A stretch of DNA of 36,162 bases from Deltaproteobacteria bacterium (GCA_011522845.1 WTIF01000060.1:1-36162), one strand, 5' to 3'. Numbered from the stretch's first letter, positions 1 through 9,422 are shown. The notes: generated by a model from the sequence alone, not told the origin. Program-made: numbers and translations.

Positions 1-2
1 AG

Positions 3-599
3 TTGACCATCTCCATCGACACGTGGAAAGCCGAGGTCGCTCGCAGATGCCTCTCTATGGGAGCAAAGGTAATCAATGACGTGACTGCACTGCGTCGAGA
101 TCCCGCAATGGTTGAAATCGTTGCTGAGGCTGGGGTTCCAGTCATCCTGATGCACGCCAAGGAAGCCGATGGCCGGACGACCCGAGCAGTCCGGCACTAC
201 GACGACGTAATTTCGACCGTGAAGGCCTTTTTTGAGGAAAGGGTCGGTTGGGCCACAGATCAGGGAATCAAGGAAGAACAGATCATTCTGGATCCAGGCT
301 TGGGATTTTTTATCAGCGCCGAGGCTCGTTACAGCTTTGAGATTGTGCGTCGTTTGCCCGAATTGAAAGCGCTGGGTTTCCCCTTGTTGTTGGGGCCCTC
401 TCGCAAGTCCTTCCTGGCTGGAGTATCCCCCGGAAGAACCCTCTCAACCGAGGAACGACTGATCCCAGGAGTCGCTCTGTCTGCGATTGCCGCTTGGTTG
501 GGTGTTGACATCCTGCGCACTCATGATGTTCAGGAAGGACGGCTCTTGCTGGACACAGTAAAAAAGCTCCAAAGTCCTCATATGCCGTTTTCAATCTAA
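3..599 (+). CDS. folP: Dihydropteroate synthase, C-terminal part (5' end lies outside the window)
   Basis: The ORF is open to the left window edge. It carries pterin-binding DHPS motifs GAKVINDV, PVILMH, DPGLGF and GPSRKSF. The annotated first codon is only the first in-frame TTG, so the true start is upstream of the window. Confidence 0.9.
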   Translation: MTISIDTWKAEVARRCLSMGAKVINDVTALRRDPAMVEIVAEAGVPVILMHAKEADGRTTRAVRHYDDVISTVKAFFEERVGWATDQGIKEEQIILDPGLGFFISAEARYSFEIVRRLPELKALGFPLLLGPSRKSFLAGVSPGRTLSTEERLIPGVALSAIAAWLGVDILRTHDVQEGRLLLDTVKKLQSPHMPFSI

Positions 600-1751
600 T
601 CACCTATTCTGTTTCTCCCGCAACCGCTGCACATGATGAGGCAACCGCTCCAGCAGGGCATCGATGTCGGCTTGAGTGGTTTGCCAGCCCCAGCTCAGGC
701 GTAGGCAGGAACGGGCTTCGGTGGGAGTGAGACCCATCGCCAGCAGGACAGGACTTGGTTCCAGTGCCCCCGAAGAGCAAGCTGATCCTGTTGAGACAGC
801 GACTCCATCCAGATCGAGCGAGATCAACAGGGTCTCTGCGCTCAAGCCTTGAAAGCCGACGTTGAGGGTGTTGGGCAACAGTTTCTTCGGATCTCCATTC
901 AAGAAGAAACCTTCCACCGTCTGTAATCTCTCCAGAACCTGCTGCTGAAAACTTCGCAACCGCTCGGAGAGTTGAGGCTGTTGTTCCAATACCCAGGCAA
1001 GAGCCGAGGCAAAACCAACCGCCAACGCGACGCTTTCGGTGCCGGCTCGCCGAACTCGTTCCTGCTTGCCCCCGGTGATCAACGGAGTAAAGGTTGCTCC
1101 CTCTCGCACATAGAGCAGACCAATTCCACGGGGTCCCCCAAGCTTGTGGGCGGTGGCTGTCGCGTAGCTCACACCAAGCTCTTTCCAAGAGAGCGGAGCC
1201 CGTCCCAAGAGCTGAACACTATCGGTGTGGAGTGGAATACCATGTTTGCTGGCGATGGCTTGCAGTTCCCCGATCGGTTGAATCACCCCGGTTTCGTTGT
1301 TGGCCCCCATCACGCTGATCAAGCAAGTTTCTGGACGAATCAGCTCTGGCAGCACCTCTGGAAGCACACGCCCTCCTCGATCAACAGGTAGCAGATCTAA
1401 GGTGGCTTGTCCTTGTTCAGCCAAATACTGGGCGGTTTCTAACAGGGAAGGATGTTCCAGTGGGGAGAGAATCCAATGATTTGGCTTGTCCGCCCGCAGA
1501 AATTGTCGGAGGATCGCATTGTTGCTTTCACTGCCGCCGCTGGTGAAACATAGCTCCTGATATTCCACTCCCAGTAAGGAAGCCAGTTGCCGGCGGGCCT
1601 CTTCCAGGCGATTCCGGGCTCTGCGTCCCGGGCCGTGCGGACTGGAGGGATTGCCGTAGCTGGTGGCCTGAATAGTCTGCATTGCTTCCCACACTTCGGG
1701 TAGCAGCGGAGCGGTGGCGTTGTAATCCAGATAGTGTTCGTTTGAGTTCAT
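600..1751 (-). CDS. Cysteine desulfurase, class V aminotransferase (NifS/IscS family), 383 aa
   Basis: Motifs seen: YLDYNATAP at the N-terminus, SGGSESNN, the PLP-lysine motif TAHKLGGPRGIG, and the active-site cysteine loop STGSACSSG. The start is ATG at 1751. The stop codon directly abuts the folP stop. Confidence 0.9.
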   Translation of the reverse strand: MNSNEHYLDYNATAPLLPEVWEAMQTIQATSYGNPSSPHGPGRRARNRLEEARRQLASLLGVEYQELCFTSGGSESNNAILRQFLRADKPNHWILSPLEHPSLLETAQYLAEQGQATLDLLPVDRGGRVLPEVLPELIRPETCLISVMGANNETGVIQPIGELQAIASKHGIPLHTDSVQLLGRAPLSWKELGVSYATATAHKLGGPRGIGLLYVREGATFTPLITGGKQERVRRAGTESVALAVGFASALAWVLEQQPQLSERLRSFQQQVLERLQTVEGFFLNGDPKKLLPNTLNVGFQGLSAETLLISLDLDGVAVSTGSACSSGALEPSPVLLAMGLTPTEARSCLRLSWGWQTTQADIDALLERLPHHVQRLREKQNR

Positions 1752-1754
1752 TGC

Positions 1755-2597
1755 ATGTTGTTTGATCGCTGGAAATATTACTTTCTGCTGTTCCTGTTAG
1801 GCCTGTGGTTGCCCGGAATGTTGAACGCCCAAGGTACGAGTTTTTTCCGTGTGCCCAAGAAAAAGCCTCCGATTGAAAAGGAAGAGGCTCCGCCCCCACC
1901 TCCGACCCCGGTTCGGGTGGCTCCAAAACCCAAGCCGACTCCTCCACCTCCGAAACCACCTCCGGCAGATCGTTCAGTTTCTGATGTGATCTTCCTGCTG
2001 GACACTTCCGGTTCGATGGATGCCTTTCTGCCAGGACAGAAGCAGAGTAAGCTCAAGTCAGCCCAGGAGGCGCTGGATTTCTTTGCGCAGAAAATGTTGC
2101 AAGGCACTCGCTTTCAGCTGTGGAGTTTCAACGCTCGTTTGACGCAACATCCGAATTCCCCAGCGGCCAAGAGCAAGCAGATCATTTTTGAAGAAATCGG
2201 CCCTTCCGGCTCAGTCGTGCGCAAGCATCTTCGGCAGCAGATCGCTGGATTGGAGACCCGAGGTGGAACCAATCTCTACCAGGCGATCTTTGAAGCCCTG
2301 CGCTATTTCCAATCGCCAAGCTACCAAGTACCAGAAGGGAATGTAAAGCGCTTCCCGGTTGTGGTACTGCTAGCTGACGGTCAGGATGATGGCTATTCGG
2401 CGATCAATCGCAGTCAAGTACTGCAGAAACGCAAGCAGGTCGAGGAAGTCGAGGTCAAGGTAATCGGCTTTGGCATCACCCCCAACAGTGAAACACATCG
2501 TCAACTCTGCGAGTTGGCCCGCCCGGCTGCGGATTGCCTAGTGACATCATCCCCTACAGAATTACAGACACTAATCCGTTCCTTCACCCGCTCCTGA
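1755..2597 (+). CDS. Secreted von Willebrand factor A (vWA) domain protein with a proline-rich linker, 280 aa
   Basis: There is a signal-peptide-like N-terminus (MLFDRWKYYFLLFLLGLWLPGMLNA), then a Pro/Lys-rich stretch (PPPPPTPVRVAPKPKPTPPPPKPPP). The vWA fold follows, with MIDAS motif DTSGSMD and later VVLLADGQDD. Confidence 0.75.
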   Translation: MLFDRWKYYFLLFLLGLWLPGMLNAQGTSFFRVPKKKPPIEKEEAPPPPPTPVRVAPKPKPTPPPPKPPPADRSVSDVIFLLDTSGSMDAFLPGQKQSKLKSAQEALDFFAQKMLQGTRFQLWSFNARLTQHPNSPAAKSKQIIFEEIGPSGSVVRKHLRQQIAGLETRGGTNLYQAIFEALRYFQSPSYQVPEGNVKRFPVVVLLADGQDDGYSAINRSQVLQKRKQVEEVEVKVIGFGITPNSETHRQLCELARPAADCLVTSSPTELQTLIRSFTRS

Positions 2598-2616
2598 ACA
2601 TCATTTCGGAGAATCC

Positions 2617-4026
2617 ATGCGTTGCACCAAGATCATTTGTACCATCGGCCCTTCCAGCCGTGAACCGGAGATGCTGAAACGTCTGCAGCAGGCCGGCATG
2701 AACATCGCCCGACTCAACTTCTCTCACGCAGATCATGATACTCACGGGGAAGTGATTCGTCGTATTCGTGATTTGAACCAGACTCTCAAGTATCCAGTAG
2801 CCATCATGTTGGATACCCAAGGACCCGAGATCCGTACGGGCTTTAATGAGGTCAACCTGGAGGTGGGTGATGAGCTACGCATTACGGTTCCCCCCACGGA
2901 AGAGGCTGCCAATTCAGAAGTCAAGACGTTGCACGTCAACTATCAGTACCTGATTGACGAAGTAAAACCAGGACAGTCGCTTTCAGTCGACAGTGGGCTC
3001 GTCAAGCTCAAGGTGCTCAGTCGGGAAGACGACCATTTGCGCTGTGAGGTGATTCATGGTGGGTTCCTCAAGGGACGTCGGCACGTGAATTTGCCGGGGG
3101 TCGCTGTGCAGTTGCCTTCGATCACGGCAAAGGACAAGGAAGACCTGTTCTTTGCCAAGGAGATGGACCTGGATGGAATTGCTCTCTCCTTTGTACGAAA
3201 TGCGGATGCTGTGCGAGAAGCCAAGGAGATCCTGGGAGATGAGAGCAAGGGCATGAAGATTATCGCCAAGATCGAAAACCAGGAAGGTGTGGAAAACATG
3301 GAGCAGATCCTTGAGGAGGCAGACGGGATCATGGTGGCTCGAGGAGACCTGGGCTTGGAGGTCGACATGGAGGAATTGCCTCAACTACAGCGGCGGATGG
3401 CCTATCTCTGTGCAATCCACGGCAAGCGTCTGATCGTGGCGACACATCTGTTAGAATCCATGATTGAATTTCCAGTGCCCACCCGAGCTGAGGTGACGGA
3501 TGTCGCCAATGCGGTCTATGAGCAAGCAGACGCGGTGATGCTTTCTGGAGAGACGGCATCGGGCAAGTACCCCGTGGAAGCCGTCGAGACCCTGGACCGG
3601 ATTGTTCGAAGAACAGAGCGCTATCCGGGAGTGGATTATGCCAGCAAGATGAACTTGTCCAGCGCTCGGATGCATCTTGCTGCCGCAGCGGCTCAGATGG
3701 CGAGTGAGCTTCAGTTCAAGGGCTTTGTCGCAATCACCCAGTTCGGGCGTGGAGCTGAGTACATTTCGAACATGCGCCCACGAGGTTTGCCAATTTACGC
3801 GTTCACCAACAGCGAGCGAACCTATCGTACGTTACTCTTCTGCCGTTCGGTCTATCCGTTCCTTGTGGAAGACTTTTCGATCAATCCGGAGTTTACACTG
3901 GAGCAAGCGCTGCGGACGTTGCGGGATCGAGAAGGTTACCAGCGTGGAGACCAGTTCATGGTGTTGGCGAACATCCTGACTGCAGAAGGCTTTGTCAATT
4001 CACTGCAGGTGCGGAAGATTCCTTGA
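2617..4026 (+). CDS. pyk: Pyruvate kinase, 469 aa
   Basis: Motifs seen: MRCTKIICTIGPSS, LNFSHA, KIENQEG, MVARGDLGLEV and a C-terminal regulatory domain. A GGAGAA Shine-Dalgarno sits 5 nt upstream of the ATG. The gene starts 19 nt after the vWA gene, so the two are probably co-transcribed. Confidence 0.95.
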   Translation: MRCTKIICTIGPSSREPEMLKRLQQAGMNIARLNFSHADHDTHGEVIRRIRDLNQTLKYPVAIMLDTQGPEIRTGFNEVNLEVGDELRITVPPTEEAANSEVKTLHVNYQYLIDEVKPGQSLSVDSGLVKLKVLSREDDHLRCEVIHGGFLKGRRHVNLPGVAVQLPSITAKDKEDLFFAKEMDLDGIALSFVRNADAVREAKEILGDESKGMKIIAKIENQEGVENMEQILEEADGIMVARGDLGLEVDMEELPQLQRRMAYLCAIHGKRLIVATHLLESMIEFPVPTRAEVTDVANAVYEQADAVMLSGETASGKYPVEAVETLDRIVRRTERYPGVDYASKMNLSSARMHLAAAAAQMASELQFKGFVAITQFGRGAEYISNMRPRGLPIYAFTNSERTYRTLLFCRSVYPFLVEDFSINPEFTLEQALRTLRDREGYQRGDQFMVLANILTAEGFVNSLQVRKIP

Positions 4027-4039
4027 GCTAAGTGGGAGT

Positions 4040-4069
4040 GGCGACTCTGTGGGGAGGAACAGAGTCGCC
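4040..4069. terminator. GC-rich hairpin between convergent pyk and amt (11-bp stem GGCGACTCTGT/ACAGAGTCGCC, 8-nt loop)
   Basis: A perfect inverted repeat is read directly from the sequence. It has no U-tract on either side, so it is terminator-like but not a canonical intrinsic terminator. Confidence 0.4.
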
Positions 4070-4072
4070 GGA

Positions 4073-4104
4073 GGTCCGATGGCAGAGGCAGCCCGCATCG
4101 GACC
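4073..4104. terminator. Second hairpin between pyk and amt (9-bp stem GGTCCGATG/CATCGGACC, 14-nt loop)
   Basis: A perfect inverted repeat lies 14 nt from the amt stop codon. It has no U-tract. Confidence 0.35.
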
Positions 4105-4117
4105 CTGGGGAGGGGAT

Positions 4118-5335
4118 TTAAACCGAGCGGGAGACAAATTCGGGGTAGCTGTGCATACCAAACTCTTCTTCATCAGAGCCGATATACTCCTCTTCCTCGG
4201 AGACACGGATACCCATAGTCACTTTGAGGATGTACCAGACGATGGCGCTGGAGACGAAGGTGAAGAGTCCAATCACGATGATGCCCATGATCTGTGCGCC
4301 CAAAGAGCCATCTTCCTTAAAGAGGCCAACAGCGAGTGTGCCCCAAATTCCAGCGACCAGGTGGACGGAGAGAGCACCAACGGGGTCGTCAATCTTCAGT
4401 TTGTCGAAGAAAGGCACCGCGAAGACAACCAACGCACCACCAATTCCACCAATCAACATCGCCAGTCCCATCGAAGGATAGTCAGGTCCTGCTGTGATGG
4501 AGACCAAGCCTGCCAGCGCGCCATTCAATACCATCGTCAAGTCCACTTTCTTGAAGAGAAGCTGTGTCAGAATCATGGCGACAACAGCTCCAGCACAAGC
4601 TGCGATGTTGGTGTTGGCGATGACCGCGGAGATTGCATCTGCGTCCCCCTTGGAACCCAGTGCCAGCTGGGAACCACCGTTGAAGCCAAACCAACCGAGC
4701 CAGAGTACAAAAGTCCCAAGCGTTGCCATCGGTAAGCTGGATGCGGGGATTGGGTGAACATTTCCCTGATCGTCATACTTACCCTTGCGAGCGCCAAGGA
4801 GCAAAGCGCCTGCAAGAGCAGCCCATCCACCAACAGAGTGAACAATGGTCGAGCCTGCGAAGTCACTGAAGCCGTCGATGAGCCCACCTAGTGAGGTACC
4901 ACCCCAGGTCCAGTGTCCTTGAATCGGATAGATGATCGCTGTCAGTACGAGGGTGAAGGTCATGAAGGGCCAGAAGCGCACTCGCTCCGCAACTGTGCCG
5001 GAGACAATCGAAGCTGCTGTGGCGACGAAGACCACTTGGAAGAAGAAGTCTGAGAGCAAGCTATGGCCGTCTGCAGAGGTTCCAGAGAGAGCGAAGCCAG
5101 AACCGAGGACTGCGTTGCCCTCACCATACATTAGGTTGTAACCAATCAGGTAGAACGCGATACAAGCTACTGAATAGAGTGCAATATTCTTGGTCAGGAT
5201 GGTTGTTACGTTCTTGGTGCGGACCATACCGGCTTCGAGCATTGCAAAGCCAGCGGCCATCCACATAACCAGTGCACCACTGATCAGCAGCCAAATTGTG
5301 TCCAGCACATATTTCATCTCAGCTTGAAATTCCAT
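4118..5335 (-). CDS. amt: Ammonium transporter (Amt/MEP family), about 405 aa
   Basis: This is a polytopic membrane ORF with Amt signatures GGWAALAGALLLGARKGKY, WLGWFGFNGGS and VHLVAGIWGTLAVGLF. I chose the ATG at 5335, which is preceded by GAGAGGA. The GTG at 5338 is the ORF-track start. Confidence 0.95.
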   Translation of the reverse strand: MEFQAEMKYVLDTIWLLISGALVMWMAAGFAMLEAGMVRTKNVTTILTKNIALYSVACIAFYLIGYNLMYGEGNAVLGSGFALSGTSADGHSLLSDFFFQVVFVATAASIVSGTVAERVRFWPFMTFTLVLTAIIYPIQGHWTWGGTSLGGLIDGFSDFAGSTIVHSVGGWAALAGALLLGARKGKYDDQGNVHPIPASSLPMATLGTFVLWLGWFGFNGGSQLALGSKGDADAISAVIANTNIAACAGAVVAMILTQLLFKKVDLTMVLNGALAGLVSITAGPDYPSMGLAMLIGGIGGALVVFAVPFFDKLKIDDPVGALSVHLVAGIWGTLAVGLFKEDGSLGAQIMGIIVIGLFTFVSSAIVWYILKVTMGIRVSEEEEYIGSDEEEFGMHSYPEFVSRSV

Positions 5336-5392
5336 CACGTCCTCTCTGCCAAAGGAATGGGAAGAATGCGGGGTGGTTACTATTCATCACTC

Positions 5393-5408
5393 AGCAGAGG
5401 ATGTGCCT
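5393..5408 (-). promoter_or_regulatory. Candidate sigma-54 (-24/-12) promoter for amt
   Basis: The minus strand reads AGGCACatcctcTGCT, against the consensus TGGCACG-N4-TTGCW. GG and GC have the exact 12-nt register. The -12 GC lies about 58 nt upstream of the amt ATG. Amt genes are classical NtrC/sigma-54 targets. Confidence 0.45.
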
Positions 5409-5723
5409 GTGCTGCAATTATTTTCACAATTAGTGGCAAGTAGCTAATTTTATGTGGAATAATTGAACAGATTTATTTGATTATTCTTTCTAATCGAATA
5501 TTTATTGATTATTTTTTGTGCAAAATGATCAATAACTGCTCAGTTGGCAGGAGTTTCAGTAGACTGGAAGGTAGCAGGTGCTGGGTTTGGAAGCAGTAGC
5601 TTCTCCAGCAAGAAAGTCATTCCAAAGTTGTTACCATGAATGTGCGTGAAGATTTCGGTCTCAGGACTGGGATGATGAATGCTGTGAATCTGATGATTGA
5701 TGCACAATGATGTATGCGGAGTT

Positions 5724-5767
5724 CTCTCCTGAATCCAGCTTTCTTGGACAGGAGAGTATTTCGTTTT
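5724..5767 (+). terminator. Intrinsic-terminator-like hairpin plus U-tract inside the trpB2 5' leader (possible attenuator)
   Basis: The sequence reads CTCTCCTG-aa-TCCA-gctttct-TGGA-CAGGAGAG, giving 12 bp with a 2-nt bulge. It is followed immediately by TATTTCGTTTT and ends 80 nt upstream of the trpB2 ATG. Confidence 0.5.
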
Positions 5768-5846
5768 GAATGATTTGCGCTTGTCTCACGAATTCGCTAC
5801 GGTCTTTTTCTTTTCAAGATTCACATCAAATCTTCTGGGAGGCCAC

Positions 5847-7226
5847 ATGAGCAGCGATTCGATCAAGTACTTGTTGTCTGAAGACCGTATTCCCCGCGAT
5901 TGGTATAATCTGATTGCTGACTTACCCTCTCCACCACCTCCGGTCCTGCATCCAGGTACCCACCAGCCAGTTGGGCCAGACGATCTGGCACCTCTCTTTC
6001 CAATGTCGTTGATCCTGCAGGAAGTCGCCTCGGAACGGATGATTGAGATCCCCAATCCAGTCCGAGATATCTATCGACAATGGCGACCTACTCCGCTGTA
6101 TCGAGCACGGCGCTTAGAGCAGGCTCTCGATACACCAGCACGGATCTATTACAAGTATGAGGGAGTTAGTCCGGCTGGAAGCCACAAGCCAAACACAGCG
6201 GTGGCCCAAGCCTTTTACAATAAGGAAGCGGGCGTCAAGCGCATTACAACGGAGACCGGTGCGGGGCAATGGGGTTCTTCACTAGCTTTCGCAGGAGCCT
6301 TGTTTGATCTGGAGATCGAGGTCTTCATGGTCAAGGTGAGTTTTCAGCAGAAGCCTTACCGCCGAGCGTTGATGGAATCTTATGGGGCAACCTGCACGGC
6401 GTCTCCTTCAGACAAGACGATGTCGGGACGTAAAATTCTCGAAGACAGCCCTGATTCAACTGGAAGCTTGGGTATTGCCATCTCTGAAGCCGTGGAAATG
6501 GCTGCTCAACGAGAGGACACGAAATATGCTCTGGGAAGTGTGTTGAATCACGTGTTGATGCATCAAACCGTAGTGGGACAGGAAGCGATTGAACAGATGG
6601 AGATGGCGGATGCCTATCCGGATGTGATCGTGGGTTGTACCGGTGGTGGTTCCAACTTTGCGGGTATTGTCTTCCCCTTCCTTGGTCAGAAACTGCGTGG
6701 TGGAAAGGATGTGAGGATCGTGGCGGTGGAACCAGCGGCTTGTCCTTCATTGACCAAGGGTCGCTATGCCTATGACTTTGGCGATACTGGCCATCTGACT
6801 CCTTTGACAAAAATGCACACCTTGGGATCGACTTTCATACCTCCGGGCTTCCATGCAGGTGGACTGCGCTATCACGGCATGGCTCCACTGGTTAGTCACA
6901 TCAAGGAACTTGGGTTGATTGAGGCCACGGCCTATGCACAGTTGGACTGTTTTGAGGCCGGTGTCCAGTTTGCCCGAGCAGAAGGAATCATTCCGGCGCC
7001 TGAAGCCAATCATGCGGTCAAGGGTGCGATTGTGGAGGCACTGCGCTGCAAGGCAGAGGGGAAGAGCGAAGCGATTCTCTTCAACCTCTGTGGACACGGT
7101 CACTTCGATATGCAGGCCTATACCGACTACTTTGCTGGGAAACTCCAAGACATGCGCTATTCGGAAGAAGAACTGGCGATGGCCTTGGCTGGTTTGCCTT
7201 CTGTTGAGAACACGATCGGAGCCTGA
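5847..7226 (+). CDS. trpB2: TrpB2-type tryptophan synthase beta-like PLP enzyme, about 459 aa, with no adjacent trpA
   Basis: Motifs seen: the TrpB2 N-terminal extension ([13 protein letters not shown]), PLP-lysine motif [17 protein letters not shown] and [12 protein letters not shown] moved the start from TTG 5766 to ATG 5847, which is preceded by GGGAGG. Confidence 0.9.
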   Translation: MSSDSIKYLLSEDRIPRDWYNLIADLPSPPPPVLHPGTHQPVGPDDLAPLFPMSLILQEVASERMIEIPNPVRDIYRQWRPTPLYRARRLEQALDTPARIYYKYEGVSPAGSHKPNTAVAQAFYNKEAGVKRITTETGAGQWGSSLAFAGALFDLEIEVFMVKVSFQQKPYRRALMESYGATCTASPSDKTMSGRKILEDSPDSTGSLGIAISEAVEMAAQREDTKYALGSVLNHVLMHQTVVGQEAIEQMEMADAYPDVIVGCTGGGSNFAGIVFPFLGQKLRGGKDVRIVAVEPAACPSLTKGRYAYDFGDTGHLTPLTKMHTLGSTFIPPGFHAGGLRYHGMAPLVSHIKELGLIEATAYAQLDCFEAGVQFARAEGIIPAPEANHAVKGAIVEALRCKAEGKSEAILFNLCGHGHFDMQAYTDYFAGKLQDMRYSEEELAMALAGLPSVENTIGA

Positions 7227-7227
7227 G

Positions 7228-7461
7228 GTGTCAGAACGCCCTCTTGACGAAGCAAAACGCAGGATCAAGGTCGAACAGGTGGTGCGGGACTTCTTCATGG
7301 TTCTCGACCAGCACCACCTAACCTTGGAAGAAGGAATGGTTGCCTGGAATATGCTTGGCTTCACGATGTTCCAGGAGGCCTACCCCGAGGCTTCTCACGA
7401 TCAAATCCAGCAGCAGATGATGGGTTTCTCCCAACAGTTGTTTGAATCCCGCCGACGCTGA
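7228..7461 (+). CDS. Hypothetical small protein (77 aa from GTG 7228, or 54 aa from ATG 7297)
   Basis: An open frame continues past the trpB2 stop. GGAG lies 6 nt upstream of the GTG. The sequence looks amphipathic and helical (EEGMVAWNMLGFTMFQEAYPEASHDQIQQQMMGF). It fills an otherwise empty 310-bp gap before lysS. I recognise no motif. Confidence 0.3.
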   Translation: MSERPLDEAKRRIKVEQVVRDFFMVLDQHHLTLEEGMVAWNMLGFTMFQEAYPEASHDQIQQQMMGFSQQLFESRRR

Positions 7462-7537
7462 GTCGAGGGATTCGACGCTTGATAGATGTAACACAACTAT
7501 TTCGCCCTCCTTTTCAAGCTGACTGATTCAAATATCC

Positions 7538-9049
7538 ATGCAACCCGACTCCACCGCAGATAGCCGCAGTATTCGGCTGGAAAAACTGCAACAGCTGCGT
7601 GACCAGGGCACTTCGCCCTATCCTTACGCTTTCCAGAGCACTCATACGATCCAAGAGCTTCGTGATCAGGCAGATACATTGCTGACGGAGGCAACGCCAA
7701 TATCACTTGCAGGCCGCCTAATGGCTGTGCGTGGCAAGGGCAAGGCGATCTTTGCCAACATTCAGGCTGCCCATGAGCGGCTTCAGGTTTATGTGCGCAA
7801 AGATGAAGTTGGTGAAGAGTCCTTCGAAGTTTTCAACCTCTGTGACTTAGGCGACTTCCTTGGTTTGCAGGGGGTGATGATGCGCACGCAGACCGGAGAG
7901 CTGACACTCCGTGCGAATCGCTTGGAAGTGTTGTCAAAGGCGATTCGGGCAATGCCGGTTCCCAAGGTCAAAGAGGTTGCAGGCGAACGTGTTGTCTATG
8001 ATGAGGTCAAGGACAAGGAGTTCCGCTATCGCCAGCGCTATGTCGATTTAGCCCTCAACGCCGAGGTGGCTCAGGTCTTCCGTCAGCGCTCGCTGATCTT
8101 TCAGACAGTGCGAACCTACTTGCTGGAGCAGCAATTTCTTGAAGTTGAAACCCCCACATTGCAGTCGGTCTACGGCGGTGCGAACGCAACTCCCTTTGTA
8201 ACTCGGCACAAGGCCCTGGGAATCGATTTTTACCTGCGGATTTCAAACGAATTGTTCCTGAAACGTCTCGTGATCGGGGGCTTTGATCGAGTATTTGAGT
8301 TCATCAAGAATTTCCGAAATGAGGGTATCGACCGCACGCACAATCCTGAGTTTTCTGCATTGGAATTTTACCAGGCCTATGCGGACTACCATGACATGAT
8401 GCGCCACTGTGAGAGCATCTTTGAACGCTGTGCTTTGGCAGTTCATGGTTCTACACAGTTTGAATTCGAGGGAACAACGATCGATGTTAAGGCACCGTGG
8501 CCTCGGTTGACGATGTTGGAAGCAATCGAGCAGTTTGCTGGAATTTCCTTCACGACACTCAGTGATGAAGAAGTGAAGGCATTATTAGTCGCTAAGGGCT
8601 GGCATTTGGATGGGAACTTTAGTCGCGGTCGTGCTATGCAGTTGATTTTTGAGGAAAGCTGTGAGTCTCAGTTAGTACAGCCTACTTTCATCACGGATTA
8701 TCCAAAGGAATCCAGCCCACTTTGCAAGCAACATCGGCAGAATCCAGAATTGATTGAGAGATTTGAAGCCTATGTGATGGGCTGGGAGGTCGCGAACGCC
8801 TACTCGGAATTGAACGATCCGATCCGTCAAAGGCAGTTGATGGAAGAGCAGGTAGAGCGGGGCCGAGGTGGAGAAGCAGAAACCCATCCGCTGGATGAGG
8901 ACTTTTTACGAGCGATGGAATACGGCATGCCTCCGATGGGGGGTATTGGCATTGGAATGGATCGAATGGTCATGCTGCTAACTGGACAGAACAACATCCG
9001 TGATGTGATCCTCTTCCCGACTCTACGTCCCGAACAATTTGGGGAATGA
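7538..9049 (+). CDS. lysS: Lysine--tRNA ligase, class II, 503 aa
   Basis: There is an N-terminal OB anticodon-binding domain. Class II motif 2 is [20 protein letters not shown] and motif 3 is [14 protein letters not shown]. Confidence 0.95.
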   Translation: MQPDSTADSRSIRLEKLQQLRDQGTSPYPYAFQSTHTIQELRDQADTLLTEATPISLAGRLMAVRGKGKAIFANIQAAHERLQVYVRKDEVGEESFEVFNLCDLGDFLGLQGVMMRTQTGELTLRANRLEVLSKAIRAMPVPKVKEVAGERVVYDEVKDKEFRYRQRYVDLALNAEVAQVFRQRSLIFQTVRTYLLEQQFLEVETPTLQSVYGGANATPFVTRHKALGIDFYLRISNELFLKRLVIGGFDRVFEFIKNFRNEGIDRTHNPEFSALEFYQAYADYHDMMRHCESIFERCALAVHGSTQFEFEGTTIDVKAPWPRLTMLEAIEQFAGISFTTLSDEEVKALLVAKGWHLDGNFSRGRAMQLIFEESCESQLVQPTFITDYPKESSPLCKQHRQNPELIERFEAYVMGWEVANAYSELNDPIRQRQLMEEQVERGRGGEAETHPLDEDFLRAMEYGMPPMGGIGIGMDRMVMLLTGQNNIRDVILFPTLRPEQFGE

Positions 9050-9053
9050 CACA

Positions 9054-9422
9054 ATGCGCTTGGATGAGGGTCTCGATTTTCAGCCAGATTTTGCCAAGTT
9101 GAACGGCTTGATGCCTGTGGTGGTCCAGGATGCCCAGTCTCAGGAAGTGCTGATGCTGGCCTATGCGAATCAAGAGGCCCTGGCACTCACACAAGAAACG
9201 GGTCTGGCCCACTACTATTCTCGTTCTCGTGATCAGCTTTGGCAAAAAGGGGAATCGTCAGGACACATTCAAAAAATTTGTGAGATCCGGATTGACTGCG
9301 ATCAGGATACGCTGCTGTACCTAGTGGAGCAGCAGGGCCCCGCGTGCCACACGGGGAGGCCGAATTGCTTCTATCGCAAGTTGGTTGGTCAGCAGTTGGA
9401 GTGGTCTACAGAAAATCGATGA
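9054..9422 (+). CDS. hisI: Phosphoribosyl-AMP cyclohydrolase (monofunctional HisI), about 122 aa
   Basis: Motifs seen: [26 protein letters not shown] and [21 protein letters not shown] chose ATG 9054, which is preceded by GGGG, rather than TTG 9039. The gene starts 4 nt after the lysS stop. Confidence 0.9.
   Translation: MRLDEGLDFQPDFAKLNGLMPVVVQDAQSQEVLMLAYANQEALALTQETGLAHYYSRSRDQLWQKGESSGHIQKICEIRIDCDQDTLLYLVEQQGPACHTGRPNCFYRKLVGQQLEWSTENR

Noticed and set aside
3992-4735. A 247-aa ORF antisense to amt. The same applies to the other long antisense or alternate-frame ORFs: 604-1188(-), 6747-7364(-), 15396-15779(+), 19434-20060(-) and 28629-29216(-).
   Set aside because: All lie entirely within, and opposite or out of frame to, genes with strong family signatures. 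Their compositions are skewed or low-complexity, as is typical of shadow ORFs.
5545-5605. An SRP (4.5S) RNA domain IV look-alike: ACTGGAAGGTAGCAGG resembles the GGAA tetraloop plus GGAAGCAG.
   Set aside because: The 5' strand does not carry the conserved symmetric-loop nucleotides. The flanking helices do not pair. The site sits in a divergent promoter region. I consider it a chance resemblance.
5636-5710. A classical Trp leader-peptide attenuator upstream of trpB2.
   Set aside because: None of the small ORFs in the leader contains a Trp (TGG) codon. The hairpin and repeat block are reported as an unexplained candidate attenuator instead.
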